A stretch of DNA of 64,000 bases from positions 76,571 through 140,570 of the forward strand of contig DATKRN010000022.1 in NCBI GenBank assembly GCA_035532155.1, in the 5' to 3' direction. The notes under the pieces were generated by a model, which saw only the letters and a program-made list of their open reading frames with translations, ran no database searches and was not told the DNA's origin. The translations under genes and the position numbers were made by a program. Each line of letters starts with the position of its first letter. Within the stretch, counting starts at the first letter, position 1. This stretch comes from Verrucomicrobiia bacterium (GTDB lineage: Bacteria; Chloroflexota; Dormibacteria; Aeolococcales; Bog-877). Below, piece by piece: positions 18,814 to 25,828 of the stretch.

Positions 18814-20298
18814 CAGAATCTGAGTCTGGCCCGATCGTTCCCGCATCAAGGAATCTAGTTGGAGCCCGGGAGGGGCCGGCCCCCGCCGGGGCCGGGGGGG
18901 AGCGGGAGATGCGAAGCGCGGAGCGGTACGAGCGGGCAGCCGACTTGCGGCCGCGGTACGGGGAGACCCGGCGCCCGGCTCGGGGCGACCTGCTGGACGC
19001 GTTGTGCCTGGCCACCGGCTCTCACCGGCGGTATGCCCTCAGCCTCCTGCGCGGCCGCCCGCGACGGGCCCGGCAGGCCCCGGGGCACCGCGCGCCCGCC
19101 GCTACGGTGTCGAGTTCCGAGCCGAGGTGCGGGTGTGTTGGGAGGCCGCGGACTACCTCCGTGCCGAGCGGCTCCGGCTCTGTCTGCCCGACCTGGCCCA
19201 GATCCGGGAGCGCCATGACCAACTCCACGGCACGTCCGAGACCCGGCGGCAGCTGGCGACCGTCAACTTTGCCACCGTGGAACGGACCCTGCACGACCTC
19301 CGCCGCGGGCTGGGGGCCGGGCGGATGGCCCAGACCAAGCCCGGCGACCTGCTCCGCCGCCAGATCCCGATCGTGGTGGGCCACTGGAAGGCGCTCGACG
19401 TCCCCGGCTACCCCGAGATCGACCTCGTGTCCCCCAGCGGCGAGGTGGCGGCCGGGGACGGGATCTGGCCCCTGTGCGCCACCGACCTCTCGACCGGGTG
19501 GACCGAGCGGCTGCCGGTGATGGGCAAGGGGGAGCGCGGCATCGTGACCGCCCTGGAGCAGGTCCGCACGCATCTGCCGGTGCCCCTGCTCGGCCTCGAC
19601 CCCAACGACGGCAGCGAGTTCCTCAACGGGCATCCGGTCCGGAACTGGCAACGGACCGGGGTGGCCCTGTCCCGCTCCCGGCCCGGGCACAAGAGCGACA
19701 ACGCCCATGTCGAGCAGAAGAACTGGACGCGGGTCTGGCGTCTGATCGGCTATCAGCGGCTCGACACCCCCGCCCAGCTGGCCTGGCTCGCCGCTCTCTC
19801 CAGCGGCCTGCTCCGCCCCTTCACCAACTGCTTCCCGCCCGTGATGAAGCTGGTGCGCAAGGAGACCGCTGGCTCGCGCGGGCGCACGGTCGACGACCGG
19901 CCCACCCCCCTGGCCCGCGTCCTCGCCAGCGGGGTCGCAGATCCGGCCACGATCCCGGCCCTGGTCCCGCGCGACACCACCGTCAGCCCGCTCACGCTCA
20001 CGCGCCGCATCGACCGCCGGCTGGCAGCCATCCCGGCGACCCTGGAGGTCACCCAGAGTGCCTGACCCTGGCCCCACACTCCGCCCGCTGCCCCCTCACC
20101 CCGCCGCCCGACCACCTGCTCGACGCACCAGCGGCCCAGAAGGCACGCCAGGCGGGACGCCCCGACTCCCCGCACCTCGGCCGTTCTCCCCGCCCCGCCT
20201 GGTTCTCCACCCCCGCCCCCACACCCCCGCCCCATGACGACGACGACCCCACCCCGATTCCTTGATGACGGAACGATCGCCCCAAACCAAGATTCCTG
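18814..20298 (+). mobile_element. 1,485-bp insertion sequence with ~43-bp imperfect terminal inverted repeats, family unassigned (rve transposase)
   Basis: IRL cagaatctgagtctggcccgatcgttcccgcatcaaggaatc versus reverse complement of IRR caggaatcttggtttggggcgatcgttccgtcatcaaggaatc (about 36/43 identical by eye). Confidence 0.8.
18909..20065 (+). CDS. rve-family DDE transposase of the 1,485-bp IS; needs a -1 shift near 19079-19085 (mutation or programmed)
   Basis: Frame A: MRSAERYERAADLRPRYGETRRPARGDLLDALCLATGSHRRYALSLLRGRPRR. Frame A-1: RRYGVEFRAEVRVCWEAADYL...GYPEIDLVSPSG...LGLDPNDGSEFLN...SRSRPGHKSDNAHVEQKNW. Confidence 0.7.
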
Positions 20299-20505
20299 CC
20301 TGATTGACTACGGGGGCAACGCTCGCCGCGCGGCCCGCGCCGCGGGGCTCGCGGCCGCCTACGCCGCTCACCCCGAGCGCTTCATCTGCGGGGTTCCCCA
20401 CCGCCGCGGCTCCCGGGCCCGGCCTGGATCAACGAACCCGCCGACCTGGAGGCTTTGGCCCAATGATTCTCGACTCGACCTGCCTCACAGGGGTTGACAC
20501 GCACC
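20299..20505 (+). mobile_element. 3'-terminal fragment of an IS3-family element related to IS3 #1
   Basis: LIDYGGNARRAARAAGLAAAYAAHPERF...AWINEPADLE parallels IHYGTAAAIRDQRGVILTAAYAAHPERF...VWINPPRPEE of 252-1262; shares the terminal ...aggggttgac. Confidence 0.7.
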
Positions 20506-20663
20506 CGAGCACCGCTTCGGGAGAGGGCAGGCGAACCGCTGACGACAGCCCCGGGACTGGCAGCGGGAGGGTCGGGAGGCGGATCACCCGGGCGTCGCTC
20601 GGTCCGGCACCCCTCCATCCCGCCCGCCCCTTGACATGGTCGTGTCCAGCTCCGCCCTCCCGA

Positions 20664-21068
20664 TCACGATCGGCTCCGGCGGGCCCGGATCACGTAGAGA
20701 CCCAGGGCAACCACGATCCAGGCGCCGAGGGCAGCTGCCAGGGAAGCCGGAGGGGGCAGGCGACCGAGGCTCACGAAGGCCACGAGGGCGAAGGCCACGA
20801 GCGCCAGCGCCCCGAGGACGCTCCCCCGGACGTCGGCCACCGCCGCGGCGGTGCCGTCCTCCTTCTCGATCAGGGTCAAGGTGGCGGGCAGGATGGCCGG
20901 GAACGCGAGCAAGGCCCCACCGGCCCGGGAACCGGCCGCCTGGCCCACGACCCCGGCCACGACGGAGATGACCGCGCCGAAGGCGAAGCGCACAGCGAGG
21001 TCTCGAGGGCGGACCTGGCGCAGCTCGCCCAGGTCGAGCTCGAACAGAGGCTCCGACGAACGGGTCAC
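20664..21068 (-). CDS. DUF3147-like membrane protein (second of pair)
   Basis: GTG at 21068 overlaps the stop of the upstream gene (GTGA); four hydrophobic segments; FAFGAVISVVAGVVGQAAGSRAGGALLAFPAILPATL. Confidence 0.65.
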   Translation of the reverse strand: MTRSSEPLFELDLGELRQVRPRDLAVRFAFGAVISVVAGVVGQAAGSRAGGALLAFPAILPATLTLIEKEDGTAAAVADVRGSVLGALALVAFALVAFVSLGRLPPPASLAAALGAWIVVALGLYVIRARRSRS

Positions 21069-21412
21069 CGGACCACTGCCCAGTAGGCCCCCGTCGCCAC
21101 CACCAGCCAGGTGAGCCACATGACGCCTGCCCCTCGCACCGCTCGCCAACGCCGCACGGCGAGGACCGCCACGATGCAGGCGGCCACCATGGCAGCCGCC
21201 CCCAATATCATCCCCTCGGCCTCGCCAACCGTCCGGCCGCGGCTATAGACGAGCGCGCTAACGGCGAGGCCGCCCAGCGCCACCGAAGGAGCGGCCCCAA
21301 AAAGCCCGGAGAAGCGCTTGGGCTGGACGACCTCGCCCACCACAGCGAAGAGCACGACGAAGAGGCCACCGTTCACGGCCTTCACGGCGAGGACGAGAAG
21401 GAGCTGGCTCAC
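21065..21412 (-). CDS. DUF3147-like membrane protein (first of pair)
   Basis: 115 aa, KAVNGGLFVVLFAVVGEVVQPKRFSGLFGAAPSVALGGLAV; paired and translationally coupled with 20664-21068. Confidence 0.65.
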   Translation of the reverse strand: MSQLLLVLAVKAVNGGLFVVLFAVVGEVVQPKRFSGLFGAAPSVALGGLAVSALVYSRGRTVGEAEGMILGAAAMVAACIVAVLAVRRWRAVRGAGVMWLTWLVVATGAYWAVVR

Positions 21413-21795
21413 GAGGCCATTTTCACCCCTCGTCCCACGCGAGATGCGCCCCGCTCCACAATGGCTGAAAGGAGTGCCTCAACATGGTCTGGTGTGCTGG
21501 CAAAGTCAAGCGCGAGCTGGACTGAAGTGGCGGTGCCCCACTGCGGTCAGCTGGAAGACCAGTTGGCTGAAAGCCGGCAAGGCCGCGTCACCACGGCCGC
21601 CCGCGTCCGCTCCTTCGACTCGGCGCTATGGCCACGGACAGGGACCTGCTGTCGTCCCCCGTCATGAGCCCGACCCACACTTAGCGCGAGCGGGGCTTGC
21701 CTCATCCATAGTAGACACAGAAGGGGGTTGGCCGGTCCGTGGCCGCCGGGCAAAACCGCAAAAGGCCAGGATCAGCTAGGCCGTGGAAACGGAAC

Positions 21796-21845
21796 TGGTG
21801 AAGCCGGCGGGACTCGAACCCGCGACCTCTTCCATGCCAAGGAAG
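21796..21845 (-). repeat. Copy of the 3' 50 nt (anticodon stem-loop to CCA) of tRNA-Ala(GGC); candidate att remnant or decayed tRNA pseudogene
   Basis: tggtgAagccggcgggaCtcgaacccgcgacctcttccatgccaaggaag versus 22990-23039 tggtgGagccggcgggaAtcgaacccgcgacctcttccatgccaaggaag (48/50). The 5' half does not fold as a tRNA (acceptor 5-7 mismatched). Confidence 0.8.
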
Positions 21846-22142
21846 GGCGCCGCCTGGCACGACCCTTCAATTCGGGTTCGGTCTGTGGCGACCTGGTGCG
21901 CACGTCCATTCCGTAGCCGCTTCAGCGCACGCGGTGCCGCTCCCACCCTACTCGGCAGAGACTCGGTCTGATCAGCGCCATCGTCGGTGGTACCTACCGC
22001 GCCACCGCCTGCGCCGCCGTACTCTCCACCCGCTGGCGCACCCGCTCACGAGCCGCGACTCGAGTACGCCGATGGTGAGGGACGGCCAGCGGGATGGCCG
22101 AGGAAGCCGAGTACGGATCCCCGGTCCAGCCATACTCTCAGC

Positions 22143-22148
22143 TATAAT
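22143..22148 (+). promoter_or_regulatory. Candidate -10 box (TATAAT) giving a leaderless vapB transcript
   Basis: Perfect TATAAT ends 7 nt before the vapB ATG (22155). No SD sequence between and no clear -35. Confidence 0.3.
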
Positions 22149-22154
22149 CAAGAT

Positions 22155-22394
22155 ATGTCCAAGGTGATGGTTTCCCTGCCAGATGAGCTGCTCCACCGCA
22201 TCGATGAGGCGGCGCGCCAGCGGTCGGTGAGCCGAAGCGCGCTGATCGCAGCCGCCGCCAGGCGGGAGCTCGCCCGCCGCGACCCTGATGCCGTGGCGGC
22301 TGCGATCGCACGCTCGGAGAAGCGGTTCCAAGCCGCCGGCGGCTTCGAGGCCGCAGTGCTGGTGCGCGGAGACCGCGACGCCAGCCCCCGATGA
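22155..22394 (+). CDS. vapB: CopG/RHH-family antitoxin (VapB-like)
   Basis: MSKVMVSLPDELLHRIDEAARQRSVSRSALIAAAARREL = ribbon-helix-helix; stop overlaps the vapC start (ATGA). Confidence 0.85.
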   Translation: MSKVMVSLPDELLHRIDEAARQRSVSRSALIAAAARRELARRDPDAVAAAIARSEKRFQAAGGFEAAVLVRGDRDASPR

Positions 22395-22825
22395 CGCTAC
22401 TCGTCGAGACCTCGGTCCTCATCAAGTGGTTCCACAGCGAGGGCGAGGCAGAGGTGGCGGAGGCTCGAGCCATCCGGGACGCCCATCAGCGTGGCGTCCT
22501 CAATGCACGGATCATCGACCTCGCCCTGTACGAGGTGGGGAATGTGCTCCTGACCTCGCTGCGGTGGACCGCGTCCGACGTGGCCGACCAGCTCGATGAT
22601 CTCATCGAGATTTGTGGTGTCCCGCTCGTCATGGCTTCGGGGTGGCTCCGCGAAGCGGCATCCCTTGGGTCCACCCACGGGCTCACCTTCTACGATGCGG
22701 CGTGGGCCGCCGCGGCGCAAGCTCTTGGTGTCGCCCTGGTCAGTGCGGACACGAAGCTCCTAGCCGCAGAACTCGCCGAGTCGCCGACGGCGACCACCCA
22801 ACGGCTGCGCCTGCAGCAGCGCTGA
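22391..22825 (+). CDS. vapC: PIN-domain toxin (VapC-like ribonuclease)
   Basis: 144 aa; acidic positions LLVETSVLI (Glu where Asp is usual), LALYEVGNVL, TFYDAAW, LVSADTKL. Confidence 0.85.
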   Translation: MTLLVETSVLIKWFHSEGEAEVAEARAIRDAHQRGVLNARIIDLALYEVGNVLLTSLRWTASDVADQLDDLIEICGVPLVMASGWLREAASLGSTHGLTFYDAAWAAAAQALGVALVSADTKLLAAELAESPTATTQRLRLQQR

Positions 22826-22989
22826 CTGAGTCAGGGGCCGCAGGGTAGCTGGAGTCCGCGTGGCGTCCGCTCCCGGCAGCATCAGGGCCGTCCTGCCGAC
22901 GGTGGTCCCCGGCTGCCCCGTCAAATGTATCGTGACCACTCTGACTCCCAAAGCCCATCTCTGAATTCACTCTGGGGATGAGCGCCCGA

Positions 22990-23064
22990 TGGTGGAGCCG
23001 GCGGGAATCGAACCCGCGACCTCTTCCATGCCAAGGAAGCGCGCTCCCGCTGCGCCACGGCCCC
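22990..23064 (-). tRNA. tRNA-Ala (anticodon GGC), CCA encoded
   Basis: GGGGCCG/TG/GCGC-AGCGGGA-GCGC/G/CTTCC-TTGGCAT-GGAAG/AGGTC/GCGGG-TTCGATT-CCCGC/CGGCTCC/A/CCA; G3:U70 alanine identity pair. Confidence 0.93.
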
Positions 23065-23160
23065 ATCGGCGGCTCCCGCAAGGTCCGGACCCGTGCCCCC
23101 CGGGAGGCGCCAAGCGTAGCAGACGCATCAAGTGGCAGCCACCGTCCAGTGGCGCGGGCG

Positions 23161-23658
23161 TCAGCTCCCGGTGGCGAACGCCTCCGCGAGGCGGCGGTGA
23201 GTCTCGTCCAGATGCTCGGGAACCACCTTGACGTCGGCGACCACCGGCATGAAATTGGTGTCCCCGGCCCAGCGGGGCACGAGATGGACGTGGAGGTGAT
23301 CGGCGAAGCCTGCCCCGGCCAGGCGCCCCTGGTTCCAGCCCCCATTGAAGCCGTCGCATCGCAGGGTTTGGCTGAGGACCCGGGCGGCGAGCCGCACCTC
23401 CGCCGCGACCGCGGCCCAGGCGGCCGGCTCCATCGACCCGAGGTCACCGCCGTGGTCGTAGGCGGCAACCATGAGGTGGCCGGGGTTGTACGGGTAGCGG
23501 TTCAGCATGGCGAAGGCACCCGACGCGCGGTGAACCACCAGCCGCTCACGGTCCTCCCCCGCCCCGGCGCCGGGAATGCAGAAGATGCAGGCAGCGGATC
23601 CCGGCCCAGCCGCGGCCTCGATGTAGCTCATCCGCCAAGGAGCCCAGAGGTGGTCCAT
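23161..23658 (-). CDS. HIT-family nucleotide hydrolase/transferase
   Basis: MDHLWAPWRMSYI..., histidine triad HLHVHLVPR; start at 23658 chosen (the upstream extension in the track is Arg/Pro-rich). Confidence 0.85.
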   Translation of the reverse strand: MDHLWAPWRMSYIEAAAGPGSAACIFCIPGAGAGEDRERLVVHRASGAFAMLNRYPYNPGHLMVAAYDHGGDLGSMEPAAWAAVAAEVRLAARVLSQTLRCDGFNGGWNQGRLAGAGFADHLHVHLVPRWAGDTNFMPVVADVKVVPEHLDETHRRLAEAFATGS

Positions 23659-23873
23659 CACGGTCCAGTCTGGCAGGCGAGGAGGTCCCTCGACGCGCCG
23701 GCGGCTCGGGACCGGCGGGTCGCCCACCTGACGGGAAGGGGCCGGGGGTCGATTTGACGTTCCGCCAGACCGGCGCGTAAACTGCCGGGGACACATGCCG
23801 CCGAGGTGCCGGCAAGGCACGCGGTGGCTGGCCGGCCGCCCGCGGCGGCCACACAGGGGTCTTCTGTCTTCTC

Positions 23874-23969
23874 ATGGGCTCGGTGATCAAGAAGCGTCGC
23901 AAGAAGATGCGCAAGCACAAGCACAAGAAGATGCTGAAGAAGACCCGGTGGCAGCGTCGCAGCAGCTAG
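23874..23969 (+). CDS. bS22-type small basic ribosomal protein (AURKAIP1/COX24-like), 31 aa
   Basis: MGSVIKKRRKKMRKHKHKKMLKKTRWQRRSS; near-identical pattern to actinobacterial bS22 (MGSVIKKRRKRM...); too short for the ORF track. Confidence 0.8.
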   Translation: MGSVIKKRRKKMRKHKHKKMLKKTRWQRRSS

Positions 23970-24042
23970 TCGGCCCGGCGGCCTCGGACAGCTGAGAGCG
24001 AGGGCGGCCGCTCGCGCATGGGCGGTCAGGCGACCACCCGCC

Positions 24043-24048
24043 TATACT
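24043..24048 (+). promoter_or_regulatory. Candidate -10 box (TATACT) for tRNA-Ala(CGC)
   Basis: TATACT ends 12 nt upstream of the mature tRNA 5' end. Confidence 0.25.
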
Positions 24049-24059
24049 CGGGTCTCCAC

Positions 24060-24135
24060 GGGGCGATAGCTCAGCTGGGAGAGCGCTGCCCTCGCACGGC
24101 AGAGGTCAGGGGTTCAAGTCCCCTTCGCTCCACCA
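24060..24135 (+). tRNA. tRNA-Ala (anticodon CGC), CCA encoded
   Basis: GGGGCGA...CTGCC-CTCGCAC-GGCAG...GGGG-TTCAAGT-CCCC...TCGCTCC-A-CCA; G3:U70 present. Confidence 0.93.
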
Positions 24136-24263
24136 GGCGCCTCGAGCCCGTCCGCGGGGTCCCCACAGCCGGGGGGCACCGGCCCCGCAGCCCGCCTCGC
24201 TCCAAGAGTTCGCCCACCTCCGGGTCGCAGGGGGCGGTCCGCCGACGGAGCGCCCGGCTGCCC

Positions 24264-25583
24264 TCAGTAGTCCTCGTCGGTGAGATCGGCAAAGTAGGCG
24301 CTGGCGGCGTGGTCGAGCAGCTCCCGGGAGAGCTCGGGCTGGATCCCGAAGTAGTTGGCGCCGTGAATCAGGTGGTCGACCAGGTCGCGGGGGTGGCAGC
24401 CGTGCAGCGTGCGCCCCTGCTTGCGATAGTGATCCTCGATCAGGTAGGTCACCATCTCATCGTCGTACTCGAGCCGGCGAGTCGCGCACATCCGGCGGAA
24501 GATCTCCCGGTACTCCGCCTCGGTAGGGTTGGGCACCTTGACCTTGTAGCGGACCCGACGCAGGAACGCCTCGTCGACGAGTTCGCGCGGCTGGATGTTG
24601 GTCGAGAGCATCAGGATCTCGGTGAACGGCACCGCCACCGTGGTTCCCGCCCGGGCGATGTTGAGGAAGTCGTACCCCGCCTCGAGCGGCACGATCAGCC
24701 GATTGAGCAGGTCGCGGGGCGAGATCGACTGGCGCCCGAAGTCGTCGATCAGAAAGAGTCCCCCGTTCGCCTTCAGCTGCAGTGGCGCCTCGTAGAAGCG
24801 CATCCGGGAGTCGAAGCCCAGCTCCAGCTCCCGGCCGTTGAGCTCGCCCCCGGCGCGCACCACCGGACGGTGGCAGAGCACCCACCGGGTGTCGTGAGCG
24901 GGCAGTGCCCATTCCACCGGGTGGTGGTGGACCGGGTCGAAGAGGCGGATCACCTCGCCGTGGACGTAGAGGGCATGGGGCACGAAGATGGGGTCGCCCA
25001 GCAGGCCCGCGCAGGCATCCGCGATGGTGGTCTTGCCGTTGCCCGGCGGCCCGTACAGAAAGATCGCCTGGCGGGCGCTGAGGCCGGGACCGAGCCGCTG
25101 GTAGACGCTCGGCGCCAGCACTAGGTGCTCCAGCGCCTGGCGCAGCATCGGGTGCGTGATCGTCGGCGTGTACTGGCTCTGGTGGCGCACCACCGCGATG
25201 TAGACATCCAGCGGCACCGGCGCCGGGCCAGCGTACTGGCTGAGTTCGAGCACCTCGCGGGCCCGCTCGCGGCCGGCCTCGGTGATGAGGTACTGCAGCC
25301 CCTCGGCGAAGGCCTCGTGGTCCCCGACGGCCCCGCGCACCCCGGTGGTGCCGCAGTAGCCCTCGTTGCTGAGGGTCTTCAGGACCTCCCCCGCCATCAC
25401 CCAGGGCAGGCAGACATGGCGGGCCAGGTCGCGCCCGAGCATGCCGCCATTGAAGTACAGGACCTTGAGCACAAGGTCGGTGACGAAGGAGAAGGGCAGC
25501 CCGGTCTCCTGGGCGCTCTGGGGGATCGGCGGGAAGCCGACCTGAGGCTGGGGAACCGACGCCGAGACCGGGATGGCGGACAT
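24264..25583 (-). CDS. AAA+ ATPase with an N-terminal helical (wHTH-like) domain, function unknown
   Basis: Walker A LYGPPGNGKTT, Walker B GLFLIDDFG, sensor-like LMLSTN...LVDEAFLRRV; N-terminal LPFSFVTDLVLKVLYFNGGMLGRDLARHVCLPW. Confidence 0.8.
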   Translation of the reverse strand: MSAIPVSASVPQPQVGFPPIPQSAQETGLPFSFVTDLVLKVLYFNGGMLGRDLARHVCLPWVMAGEVLKTLSNEGYCGTTGVRGAVGDHEAFAEGLQYLITEAGRERAREVLELSQYAGPAPVPLDVYIAVVRHQSQYTPTITHPMLRQALEHLVLAPSVYQRLGPGLSARQAIFLYGPPGNGKTTIADACAGLLGDPIFVPHALYVHGEVIRLFDPVHHHPVEWALPAHDTRWVLCHRPVVRAGGELNGRELELGFDSRMRFYEAPLQLKANGGLFLIDDFGRQSISPRDLLNRLIVPLEAGYDFLNIARAGTTVAVPFTEILMLSTNIQPRELVDEAFLRRVRYKVKVPNPTEAEYREIFRRMCATRRLEYDDEMVTYLIEDHYRKQGRTLHGCHPRDLVDHLIHGANYFGIQPELSRELLDHAASAYFADLTDEDY

Positions 25584-25828
25584 CTGATGTCGACTTCCAG
25601 TGAGGGCGGTCCCGACCGCCCGGCTGCCCTGTCGAGGCTAGAGATACCAACTCCCGGGGCCGTCGCAGCCCACCGCTGCCGGTCGGTTGCCGGGTCGTTG
25701 GCGGCACGGGACACCGCCGTCACGCGCCGTCACGCCCCGGCGCTCCGGGGGCGCCCGCGGCCCCGGGCCGCCTGCCTGGGGCCAGCCCCGCGGCGCTCTG
25801 CTTCCCCGCCGGGGAGCGCCCGGGGACT

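Noticed and set aside
21440-21850. Possible tmRNA (ssrA): the tRNA-Ala-like 3' end at 21796-21845 is preceded by ~350 nt of lower-GC non-coding sequence.
   Set aside because: The tRNA-like piece includes an intact tRNA-Ala anticodon stem-loop (CTTCC-TTGGCAT-GGAAG), which tmRNA lacks. There is no GGGGCUGA-type 5' end that pairs with the 3' acceptor, and I found no ...AA-stop tag reading frame.
21865-22150. Integrase remnant or other gene between the tRNA-Ala 3' copy and vapB.
   Set aside because: The ORFs here (21934-22167 +, 21972-22331 -) show no tyrosine- or serine-recombinase motifs by eye. The region is left uncalled.
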